A stretch of DNA of 64,000 nt from assembly GCF_004010195.1 (NCBI RefSeq), contig NC_057744.1, positions 8,980,416 to 9,044,415 of the forward strand, written 5' to 3'. Shown piece by piece: positions 49,650 through 61,057 of this stretch. Every line of letters starts with the position of its first letter. Positions within the stretch are counted from its first letter, which is position 1. Made by a program: the position numbers and the translations under genes. The DNA is from Chiloscyllium plagiosum. Its lineage: Eukaryota. Under the pieces are notes generated by a model. The model ran no database searches and had not been told where the DNA came from. It saw nothing but the letters and a program-made list of their open reading frames with translations.

Positions 49650-50390
49650 AATCACAGAAGTCTTACTGTGCAGAAAGAGGTCATTCAACCCATCATGTCT
49701 GCACCAGCTCTTCCAAAAAGCACTTACCCAGTGACAATCCTGTGTTTTTACTCTTTACCCTGTGTGCATTATTTTTATCTAAATAATCATTCAATGTCCC
49801 TCTTGCATGCCTCAATTGAACCTGCCTCCACCATATTGCTAGGTTGTGCACTCCAAATTCTAACTACTCACTGGGTGCTTCTTTTGGAAATCATTTAAAA
49901 TCTATGCCCTCTCATTTTTGTCCCTTATACAAGCAGGAATAGTTTCTTCTTACCAACTCTATCCAGTCTGCTCATGATTTTGTAAACCTCTGTCAGATCT
50001 CTTCTCAGCCTCTTCTCTTTTGGGAAAACAGTTCCCAACATCTTCAATCTATCCTCATCACTGAAACCTTTCTTGTAAATCATTTTTGGGCTGTTTCCAA
50101 TCCATTAAAATCATTGCACTGCTGTGGTACCAAGAACTATATACATTACTCTAGCTGAGGTCTAACAAGTGTCCTGTACAAGTTCAACATTACTTCTTGC
50201 TGTTGTACTCTAAGCCAAGGACACTGCATGCTTTATTAATTGCTCTCTCTACCTGTTCTGCTGCCTTCAATGATTTGTGTGTATATACACCCATGTTTCT
50301 CTGCTCCTGTACCACCTTGAGAATTGTACCCCCTATTTTGTATTGTCTTTCAGTGTTCTTCCTGCCAATATCCATAACATTCTGAAAGTA
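49650..50390 (-). mobile_element. Old CR1 LINE 3' part
   Basis: VQEQRNMGVYTHKSLK..QVERAINKA on the minus strand. Confidence 0.75.
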
Positions 50391-51019
50391 GTGAGTCCCA
50401 ATCTTTTGTTCTTTTCCCATATCTCTGAAATATCTGTCACAAACAAGTACTTGGTACCAATAAAATGAAGGCTATGGGATCATTTTAACTTATTCTGCCT
50501 GGTGGGAAACTGCTTTATGTTGGACCCCTGATGTTACGCCTCACTCCGTTTAACTTTTCACTGAATTTTGAGGAGATAAAAATCGGGCAGTTTGTAAAAG
50601 CAGTGCCAAGTGATTCTATCAAATTCTGGGAAGAGTTTAGATTAAAATTACCTCCAAACTCAATTCCATCTGCTGAAGTCACATTTCAACAGCTAGTCCA
50701 TAATAATATTTTAATAATTAAAGAAGTTGATAATGATATGGATGCTGAGCCATGTACAATAAGATTTATAATTGTTTATTGAATTGCTGAAAGTATAACC
50801 ACAATGAACTTCAATTTACAGAGATTTTCTTTAAGATGATTATCACAGTTGTTAGTAACAACAATCTGTATGCCATAAATTTCTCTAATAGATGCAAATA
50901 AAACATTCATTTAAATTATTTCTAACATTCTGGAACACATTTTATAAAATACACCATGTTTATGACTGTAAGGTATAACAGCATTTGACTGAGCTATCTG
51001 GGCTGTTAGGTAAGCTAGT

Positions 51020-51520
51020 ATTTTGTTCAGGTCTGGTCATTGCACAATAGCAAATGTGTTATTGCACCAGAGAGAGTGCAGAGGAAGTTCACCAGGATGT
51101 TGCATGGCCTTGATTGTTTCAGCTGTGAAGGGAAATGACATAGCTGGGGTTGTTTTTCTTGGAGCTGAGAAGGCCGACAGGTTCATTGAGGTACACAAGA
51201 TTATGAGGGCCATAGATAGGGTCACTGGGAATAAACATTTCTCCTTGGTAAAGGGGTCAATTACCAAAGTGAAAGTTTTAAGGTAAGGAGCATTTAGAGG
51301 GGATTTAAGGACATACTTTTTCACTCAGGGGATGGTGAGTTTCAGGAACTCACTGCGTAAAAAGATGATGGAGGAGGGAACCATTGCAATATTTAAAAAG
51401 TATTTAGATAACTATTTGAAATGCCATAGTATATATGGTTATGGGTCAAGTGCTGGGAAATGAGCTTAGAGTAAATAGGTGTTTGATGACTGGCATGAAC
51501 ATAATGGGCAAAAGGGACTC
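51020..51520 (+). mobile_element. Old CR1 LINE 3' part
   Basis: IEVHKIMRAIDRV and TTTTTCACTCAGGGATGGTGAG. Confidence 0.75.
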
Positions 51521-53179
51521 TTACCATTTTATAATAGTTTTTAATGGCACTCTGAATGGTTCAGTTAGTAATACATCCTACAGAAGAGCCATTACCTCAC
51601 TTAGACCTCTGTTATCTTTTGTTCCCTAGTAAACCCTTCACTGCAGCCTCCTTGTTCCCCTGCGATAGCCTCCATCTCCACTTTGTCAAGTGTTAGTGAG
51701 GACAACGGTTTAGCCGACCTTAATCAGACTGCACTAAACACAAGTTATCTCACCCTTCTCTGCCAACACTGCACACTACTCCAAGATTGTTCTGGGGAGC
51801 AAAAGCAATCCTTGGTTTCTTGGATTCTGTCTCACTTCACTCCTTTGCAATCTCGACCCTCCTCTCACATCCCAACAATGGCCTTCAAAACCAATTGATA
51901 TTATTAGTACAACTCTCTCTGATACATCCCTTTCACTTACAAAACCCTAGCTTGCATCCATGTTCTCCAAAAGCTTCTACATAATCTACACAATACACAG
52001 GCATTTAAATCCTGTGCCTGACATCAACTAACTGGTGTGGCACAAAGTCCTGTAATGTGTCTTCAACCATCATGTGAGTGTATCTAAAGGAAATAGAATG
52101 GTCAGCGTAGAGTACAGAGCATGGAATTGAGAAATTGTCACAGTCTATTCCATTAGCTTTTATCAAGTTCAGGAGTGATTGTCTTCAGCATCAAAGGGTT
52201 ACTTATTCAGATTCCCTCTATGGCACAGCGAGAGACCGAATTAAAGTAAGCTTTATAAACAACTGAAATATAAAAATAGAAAAAGCAAATCAAAACAGCA
52301 TATAAAATCAAAAATAATAACCTGTCTAAAACAAGTCAGAAAGCCAAAAAATGTATGTAGTTCAGCCAACTACTCACCAGCAGCCAATTGATTGAATGGA
52401 CTGTTCTAACTTCCTTCAGATTGTGGATCATTGGCTCGGGGGCTCTTGTGGTATAATGGTAGTGTCTGTACCTCTGAGCTATGTGATCTGGGTCAGTCTC
52501 ACCTTCAATACTCCGGAGGTGTGTAATAACAGCTCTGAACAGGTTGTTTAAAATAGCTGTCCCATTTCTGAATGAACTCAATCCATTCAGCAAGGAGGTG
52601 TGATCTTCCTAAGAGGTACAGAGCTCCAGTTCAGGCTTTTCAAAGGGAAACAACTGAGTTGAGGGGAATGGAATGCCTCCTCGCAATGGACTGTGGAGAG
52701 GACTCAGCAGAGGGTTAGAATCAAAGGTTATGGCTTTTCTTCTCTGGCAAAGTCTCTATTCTGTGGTGATCTCTCGTAGTGAAACCACAGCAACAGGAGA
52801 CAGAGAGGGCAACTCGATAAGAAATGATAGAAATTCCATCCTCGATTTTCCCTGTAGCTGATTGAGAGCCCCACACTCCCACCTCCACAAGGTGGTATTT
52901 TTATTTTATGATCGCTGATTCAACACGAGCAGCAAGTCATTACCTCATGGCTCAGTTTGAAAGTCTGTATCCAACAATCTTCCAATACAGTTGGCTTCCA
53001 GTATATTGGCTTCTGCTGTTAATCGAGCAGATGTAACGAACCAAAAGCTAAAATAGGTTTTCAGAATATTATGTAGATGTAAAGGGCAACTGCTCTTCTA
53101 TGCAACGCAGATGAGAACATTCTAATAACAGTCTATAGCGGAAGTTCTATAAATTGAAAGGTTACAACATTCAAAGGCA

Positions 53180-53530
53180 TGGGAAGGCAATAGCCCAGTG
53201 GTATTATTGCTAGACTATTAATCCGGAAACCTGGGAAATGTTCTGGGGACCCAGGTTTGAATCCTGCCATGGCAATTGGTGGAATTTGAATTAACAAAAG
53301 TCTGCAATCAAGAGTTGAATGATGATCACGAAACTGTTGTTGATTGTTTGGGGAAACTCCATCTGGTTTCCGAATGTCCTTTATGGAAGGAAACTGCTGT
53401 CCTTATCCAGTCTCTACATGTGACTCCTAACCAATAGAAATATGGTTGACTCTTACCTGCCCTCCAGGTAACTAGGGATGGGCAATAAATCCTAGCCAGT
53501 GACACCCATATCCTGTGGGTGATGAAAAAG
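53180..53530 (+). mobile_element. tRNA-derived SINE, second family
   Basis: GGCAATAGCCCAGTGGTATT...GGTTTGAATCC head and a body shared with 15895 and 47500. Confidence 0.78.
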
Positions 53531-53914
53531 AAGTCCACTTTTACCAGTGGCCTCGCTAGAGACAATCTCATGGCAAACTCATGGTATGTGGGAACTGTAA
53601 ACACCAGGAAGCAGATCTTTTAATGTGCTTACAGCAGTTATTGAATGAGATTAATACCGAATTTTGTAACAATTTTACCATCCACAATATGCATGAAATC
53701 CAGTTATACAGGGGTTCAGTACAGCTCAGCAGACCTACACTGGTTTTGCCCAATCTACAACAAAAGGTCTTGTTGTTTGAATTAGTAAACTGTATATCTA
53801 ATGACCATGAACATTTACCCTTTTCTATGATATTGCAATTCACATCTGACATGATATGTTTTCCTGATTTTTGTTTAGGCTTCAGTTTACTAGGCAGGCT
53901 CAGTTCCTGCAATT

Positions 53915-54150
53915 ACATCGAACATCACAGCGCAGTACAGACCCTTCAGCCCTCGATGCTGCGCCAAGCTGTGGAATCAATCTGAAGCCCTTCTATCATA
54001 CACTATTCCATTTTCATCCATATGTTTATCCAATGACTATTTAAATGCCCTTAAAGTTGGCGAGTCTACTGCTGTTGCAGGCAGGGTGTTCCACACCCCT
54101 ACTACTCTCTGAGTAAAGAAACTACCTCTAACATCTGTCCTATGTCTATC
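53915..54150 (-). mobile_element. CR1 LINE 3' end
   Basis: FFTQRVVGVWNTLP on the minus strand. Confidence 0.8.
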
Positions 54151-54469
54151 ACAAGTACCCCTTTGGAAATTGCTCTGTTTTACAATTGAGTTGTCTCTTG
54201 TTTCTTTGCCTTTGGGCAACATGAATTTGACAAGTTAAGTAATTTAATGGGAACATTCAGACTCAATGACACCTCAGGACTGGCAGAAACACAGTGTTCT
54301 TCTGGTGTACATCAGAGGAAATTTCTCTTCATTAGCTCCACTTGATGGAAGGGACAAGAACAGATACTGAGCTTTATCATCTGCAGAGGACTAACTTGTG
54401 GAGAACTTCATGGGTTGAGATGCTTCTTCCCATAAAGGTAAAGAGTACAGTGGCTTTAAACCTTAATGT

Positions 54470-56975
54470 ACTACAACCCTTCTGCGTGACCTACAACCCT
54501 CCTCTAACCGGAAGAAAAAGACTCTGTAAGGTAAGGCTTGTATTTTTTCTTTATCTTTCTTTTTCTTATATTTAAGTGCATTGTTTGGTTTTTAGTTAGT
54601 TCACATAAAGCAAAGCTTACAATGGCAGGGGACCTCAGACCCGAGGCATGTGCCTCTTGCGTGATGTGGGAGCTTAGGAACGTGTCTGACGTTCCTGACT
54701 CTTACACTTGCAGGAAGTGTGTCCAGCTGCAGCTGTTGTTTGACCGCATGAAGGCTTTGGAGCTGCGGATGGACTCACTGTGGAGCATCCGCGATGCTGA
54801 GCAGGTCGTGGATAGCCCAATTAGTGAAATGGTCACACCGCAGGTTAGAATTGCTGAGGGAGAAAGTGAATGGGTGACCAAAAGGCAGAGAAAGAGCAGG
54901 AAGGCAGTGCAGGTGTCCCTTGCAGTCATCTCCCTCCAAAACAGGTATACCCTTTGAATACTGTTGGGGGAGATGGCTCACCAGGGGAGGGTAGCAGTTG
55001 CCAGGATTATGGCACCGTGGCAGGCACTGCTATTCAGAAGGGCGGGAAGATGACTCATAGGGCCATAGTCATAGGGGATTCTATTGTGAAGGGAGTAGAT
55101 AGGCAGTTGTGTGGCCGAAAACGGGACTTCCGGATGGTATGTTGCCTCCCAGGTGCTCGGGCCAGGGATGTCACCGATCGGCTGCAGAGCATTCTAAAAG
55201 GGGAGGGTGAACAGCCAGTTGTCTTGGTGCATATAGGCACCAACGATAGAAGTAGAAAACAAGATGAGGTCCTGAAAGAGGAATTCAGGGATCTAGGAGA
55301 GAAGTTAAAGAGGAGGAGCTCAAAGGTAGTGATCTCAGGGTCACGACCAGTGCCAGGTGCTAGCCAGCGTAGAAATGAAAAAAATAGACAGGATGAGCAC
55401 GTGGCTTGAGGGATGGTGTAAGAGGGAGGGGTTCAGATTTGTTGGACATTGGGACCGGTTCTGGGGAAGGTGGGGTATTACAAAATGGATGGTCTACATC
55501 TGAACCAGACCGGAACCCATGTCCTTGGGAGAGTTTTTGCTACTGCTGTTGGGGAGGTTTTAAACTAATGTGGCAGGGGGCTGGGAACCAGAAGAGAAAA
55601 CAAGTAGGCAGCGAGGTGGAGACTGGAGACTGTAAGAATTGTGAAGATAGCATTAATAAGGGAAAGAGTCGGCAGAGAGCAGGTGAGCGCAAAAAAAATG
55701 GTGGCCTGAAATGCATCTACTTTAATGCAAAGAGTATAGTGTGTAAGGCAGACGAACTTAGGGCTTGGATTGGTGCCTGGGAGTATGACATTATTGCAAT
55801 CACAGAGACTTGGTTGAAGGAAGGGCACGATGATTGGCAACTAAATGTTCCAGGATATAGACACTTCAGACAGAACAGGGAGGGAAATAAAAGGGGGGGG
55901 TGGAGTTGCATTGCTGGACAGGAACGATATCACGGCTGTGCTAAAGGAGGACACTATGGAGGTCTTGGGTACTGAGGCATTATGGGTGAGCTGAGAAATA
56001 AGAAGGGTGCAGTTACATTGTTGGGGCTGTATTACAGACCTCCCAACAGTGAGTGTGAGGTAGAAGAACAAATAGGTAAACAGATTATAGGAAGATGTAG
56101 AGGCAATAGGGTAGTGGTGATGGGAGATTTTAATTTTTCCAACATTGACTGGGATACACTTAGCGTCAGAAGTCCGGATGGGGTAGAATTTGTAAGGAGC
56201 ATCCAGGAGAGTTTTCTAGAGCAGTATGTCAATAGTCCGACGAGGGAAGGGGCCATATTGGACCTGGTACTGGGGAATGAGCCAGGCCAGGTGGTAGAAG
56301 TTGCGGTGGGGAACTTCTTTGGGAACAGTGACCACAACTCTCTAAGTTTTAGAATATTCGTAGATAAAGAAGAGAATGGTCCTAAGGGAAGAGTACTAAA
56401 CTGGGCCAAGGCCAATTATATCAAAATTAGGCAGGAGCTTGGAAATATGGATTGGACACAGCTATTTGAAGGGAAGTCCACATTTGATATGTGGGAGGCT
56501 TTCAAAGATAGGTTAAAGATAGTGCAGGATAGGCATGTCCCGTTGAAAGCAAAGGATAGGAAGGGCAAGATTCGTGAACCATGGATGACAGGAGAAATTG
56601 TACGACTAGCCAAGAGGAAAAGGGATGCGTACATAATGTCTAGGAAGCTTAGAACAGAACGGGCCCTGGAGGAATATCAGAAGAGGAATCAAACGGGCTA
56701 AAAGGGGTCATGAAATAGCTTTGGCAAGCAGAATTAAGGAAAACCCCAAAGCATTTTATTCTTATATAAGACGTAAGCGGGTAACTAGAGAAAGGATTGG
56801 CCCACTAAAGGATAATGAAAGAAGGCTGTGTGTCGAACCTGAGAGAATGGGTGAGATTCTGAATGATTACCTTGCATCAGTGTTCACTGAGGAGAGGAAC
56901 ATGATGAATGTTGAGATTAGAGATAGAAGTTTGATTAGTCTGGATCACGTTGACATAAGTAGGGATTCTATGATT
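54470..56975 (+). mobile_element. CR1 LINE 5' half: 5'UTR, ORF1 (zinc finger + SGNH esterase), ORF2 APE endonuclease; RT missing
   Basis: ORF1 motifs CASCVMW..CRKC, IVIGDSIV, CLPGAR and VVLVHIGTND. Endonuclease motifs YFNAKSI, IAITETWL, GLYYRPP, MGDFNF, LDLVL and SDHN. Frameshifted. Confidence 0.93.
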
Positions 56976-57019
56976 CCAGGAATGCAACTACTTTCCTTAA
57001 TTATCCGGTTGTTAGAGAT

Positions 57020-57106
57020 GAAAATGGGTTGCTGGAACAGCGCAGCAGGTCAGGCAGCATCCAAGGAACAGGAGAATCGACGTTTCGGGCATAAGCCCTT
57101 CTTCTT
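57020..57106 (-). mobile_element. Penelope pLTR fragment flanked by a 13-bp direct repeat
   Basis: GGTTGTTAGAGAT occurs at 57007-57019 and 57107-57119. The insert is similar to the arm at 60665-60736. Confidence 0.75.
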
Positions 57107-58744
57107 GGTTGTTAGAGATCACAAGTTTGGAAAGTTCTGTCGAAGGCCATTGCAATCTTCAATATTGAAAGTCTATTGATTGTAGGAGAATTATTTGGCA
57201 AGGTATATCAAAGAAAACTCTGCTGTGTTTTAACTATTTCCCTTACGCTATTGATTAATCCTGAAAGGTCTCATACCTGCCTGAGTTTAATCTTGCAGAT
57301 TAGAATTGTGACTGATTTCCCAACCTTCCGTCTCTAAGTTTAATGAAGTTTTTATTAAGATGCAGGGTAAAGAATTTTGACCTTTTGATATTTACCTGCA
57401 ACAAACATTGAATGTTGAAAGAATGCTATCAGTTCATGTTGTTCTAATGTTTCAGACTAAATGCAATCAAATTAAATGGAAAATCCAGATATCAGTGTTG
57501 TTAATTGTATCTGGCTGTAAGTTTGTTCTAAACAGATCTGTCCTTGGAATCAAAAATTAAATGCATGACAGCAACTAATTCTCCAGATCTCAACTTGCTG
57601 GTGAGGACAGGGTGAGGAGAGAAATAGTAGATTCTGGTAATTCTTCTGTTTTTCAACTCCTTATCCCCACCCTACCTAATTTGCTACAAAGTAAAATCAT
57701 GAAAGTCAAAGCAAAACTTGTTTTTTTAAATTCAGCAAATGTCAAAAAGAATCATCAACAAGTGCCTTTTTGCTTAAGAACCAAAGCCAGAGAGAGAGAG
57801 AGAGAGACAAACAGGCTAGGCCCTACATCCTGATTACCAAGGGAGGGGGAGAGGGACTAGGGCTGAGATAAGCACTCAGAATTAAATAATCTTGTGTTGC
57901 CTTTTGGCGGCACACACTCTGAGCTGGTCTCAGTGGAAATTGTACAGAAGTGGTTCAGCCTGAGGTTTACCACTCTCCTGGCCCACTATGTGGGTAGGTT
58001 GTTGCAGAGGGGGAAGGAGGAGGAGAAGGGTGTGTTCTTTCCCACACTAAACAGCCTGTGTGTCTGAACGTGTGTGTCTGGTTCACGTACAGCTACACGG
58101 CTTTTTTTTCCATCTCTCTCACGCTCAAGACGTAACTATCCTGGAGCCAAGGCCTAAGTTGTGGGTCCACTTGTCTCGGTAGCAAGATGCAATCTGGGTA
58201 AAATAGCCTCCTCCTGGCCATGCTCCCACCCTTCCTAGACATGCTCAATTAAGGATGACAGTGGTTAAGATAGTAGGGCAGGCTAGGAAAGTCACTCTCA
58301 CTGTCCTTCATTCACTCACACCCTCACTCCTCTCTGGCCCTGAGGTCTTTTGCCAATTTGAACCCTGCTGTCAAATGGTGGCTCAGTGCTACAGTGCCTC
58401 ATGTAACCAATACATTGAGTTATGTTTTGACACCGACCACTTCCTTCAGAATGTCTTACCAGTTTCAGTCAGGATACTTCCTTATCTATTCTGTTGACCT
58501 GAACAGGTAAATGCATTTAAACGCACGACCTATAAAGTGTATGCCAAACATGTTGTTCCCTACACACCTGACAGGTAAGTGATTACACAGATAGCTTTCA
58601 AAGGTATCATAGTTTCTCTTGTGATATAAAACACATAGAGATTAATAGTACTGAGGAGATGTGAAGTTGCGAAATTAATCACAGCTCAATGCAGGACTAA
58701 GCTTCAAGCCAGATAGTTCAGGTCTTGTGATTGAAGTTGACAAT

Positions 58745-59020
58745 GCAAGTCAGTACTGAGGGTGTGCCACACTGTCTCAGCTGCCATCTTTCAGATCAAT
58801 CATTAAATAAAGGTCTTGTTATCTCCCATAGTGTGATTTCAGGGAAAATGATGTGAGTTGTCCATGGTGCATTGGTGAATATTTATCTCTCAATCAGTAT
58901 CATAAAAACAAATGACCTTGTCACTATCACATCGCTGCTTGTGGGAGCTTGCTGTGTGCAAATTACAACAGTGACTAAACTTCAAAAAAAGTACTTTATT
59001 GGCTGTAAAGAGTTGTGGGA
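58745..59020 (+). mobile_element. Deu-domain SINE, degenerate
   Basis: CAGTACTGAGGGTGTGCCACACTGTC...AATATTTATCTCTCAATC...TTGTGGGAGCTTGCTGTGTGCAAATT. Confidence 0.65.
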
Positions 59021-59597
59021 TGTCTGTTTTGTTTCCAACTTTTATTTTTCTTTATATTTCATTAAATAGAGTACATACGCTATAGAGAATATTGAAAATT
59101 CAGCATTCCCACTAATGGTAATGCAGTGCACAAAGTATAAGCATTTTAAATGGTTACATAGTTTCAGAAAGAACAAAGTATTAATTGGACTTGTTTTACA
59201 TAATTATATGGCCTATTTATTTTAAAAGTATCTTTCAAATCTTGACAGAGAATATTATAACCAAAACATCTCATGCATCCATTCCAGCTGGCTGTTGGCA
59301 TTTCTTTTTACTTTTGATTCGATAGACAATCATCTCTAATCAGTGAATTATTAAACAATCAAATTCATGAGCACTCAACGAATGGAAAGCTGCCTGATTA
59401 TTTTTATATTGTCTGTAACAATAGACAATAATTACTGTGACATTTCAATTACTCTCCCTTCTGTGTCTTTGCAGCTACATACTCCGTATTTTCTGAATCA
59501 CATACAGAAAGATTTGATGAAACATGATGTTTCCCCTACCTTTTCCAGCAGACCCTCCAACCACATTCATCTTTCTCAACCACCTCACTTTTTGTCA

Positions 59598-59982
59598 GAG
59601 GGTGACCTTATAGAGGTTTATAAAATCATGAGGGGCATGGATAGGATAAATAGACAGTTTTTTCCCTGGGGTGGGGGAGTCCAGAACTAGAAGGCATAGG
59701 TTTAGGGTGAGAGGAGAAAGATATAAAAGAGACGTAAGGAGCAACTTTTTCATGCAGCAGGTGGTACGTGTATGGAATGAGCTGCCAGAGGAAGTGGTGG
59801 AGGCTGGTACAATTGCAACATTTAAGAGGCATTTGGATGGGTATATGAATAGGAAGAGTTTGGAGGGATATGGGCCGGGTGCTGGCAGGTGGGACTAGAT
59901 TGGGTTGGGATATCTGGTCGGCATGGACGAGTTGGACGAAAGGGTCTGTTTCCATGCTGTACATCTCTATGACTCTATGACT
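59598..59982 (+). mobile_element. CR1/HER1-like LINE 3' fragment
   Basis: GDLIEVYKIMRG and VVRVWNELPEEVVEAG, followed by a CTCTATGACTCTATGA tail. Confidence 0.92.
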
Positions 59983-60610
59983 TTAACAGGCCTGAAAATA
60001 TCTTTAGTGGCTTCCAAGTAGGATGTCATTTTCTGAACATAATAGTTTCCCTCTTAATCCAGTTTCACAATCCTCTCATGAGCCAATTAGTTTACAGAAG
60101 GTGAAGTAACACCAAAACGTAATATCTCAGGGTGGGGCTAACATAAGAACTAGAAGCAGGAGTAGGTCATTCAGCCCATTGAGCCTGCCCCACCCTATTT
60201 ACATTCATGGCTGATTTGATAGGGGCTACAACTATATTTTCCTGCCTACCCTCATACCCTTTGCCTTCTTTTTCAATCAAGAAACGCATATTAACACTAC
60301 AATTTGAAACCATATTCCCAGAGCAGTCTGTAGACCTGTCAATTACTATTCCATCTCATTCCCTTACCCCACTAAAATATTTACACTTGATTTTCCAATT
60401 ACACTAAATTCAGGGACAGGCAAAATTCTGCTTTAAAATTAATTCTTAAGGACTTGTTTATTTGGCTATTTTGTTCCAGATTCACATTTTTTGAGACTTC
60501 ATTTGATTGGGTCGGCTGAATAAATGGTCTTTGTTAAGAATGCACAGGCATTATGTACATCCTAGTGTTTCTGGGAAGTGTTGATCAAGCCACTCACTAA
60601 CTAAAGTATA

Positions 60611-60830
60611 TTAGGCAAAAGTGAGGACTGCAGATGCTGGAAACCAGAGTTTAGATTAGAGTGGTGCTGGAAAAGCACAGCAGGTCAGGCAGCATCCAAA
60701 GAGCAGGAAAATCGACGTTTCAGGCAAAAGCCCTTCATCAGGAAGGGCTTTTGCCTGAAATGTCGATTTACCTACTCCTCGGATGCTGCCTGACCTGCTG
60801 TGCGTTTCCAGCACCACTCTAATCTAAACT
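60611..60830. mobile_element. Fold-back Penelope-type pLTR element (89-bp inverted arms) with hammerhead core
   Basis: Arms at 60648-60736 and 60742-60830 with loop ATCAG. The minus strand reads CTGATGA-AGGGCTTTTGCCT-GAAAC-GTC. Flanked by AACTAAAGTATA at 60599-60610 and 60827-60838. Confidence 0.82.
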
Positions 60831-60969
60831 AAAGTATACTGTCAGTTTTTCTTAAAAAAAGACTTGTTTCATTCGTGCCAATTTGTAAAGCTATTAGAAT
60901 ATGTTTGTTTATATTAATTACAACTAACAACATCAAATGGAGGTTGGTTATGTAATGGTTGATTGGTAG

Positions 60970-60975
60970 TTTAAT
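60970..60975 (-). terminator. Polyadenylation signal (ATTAAA), apolipoprotein-like gene 3
   Basis: Lies within the 3'UTR motif shared with genes 1 and 2. Confidence 0.7.
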
Positions 60976-61057
60976 TTGTATTCCTTAATTCACCGCTTTG
61001 GTTTCAGAAGCGATCAGGTGTATACTCAAGTTGCAGTTGATGGTCCTGTGTTCACTT

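Noticed and set aside
54870-55409. SGNH/GDSL esterase-like ORF as a lipid-metabolism gene linked to the apolipoprotein cluster
   Set aside because: It is the known CR1 ORF1 esterase domain, frameshifted and contiguous with the CR1 endonuclease.
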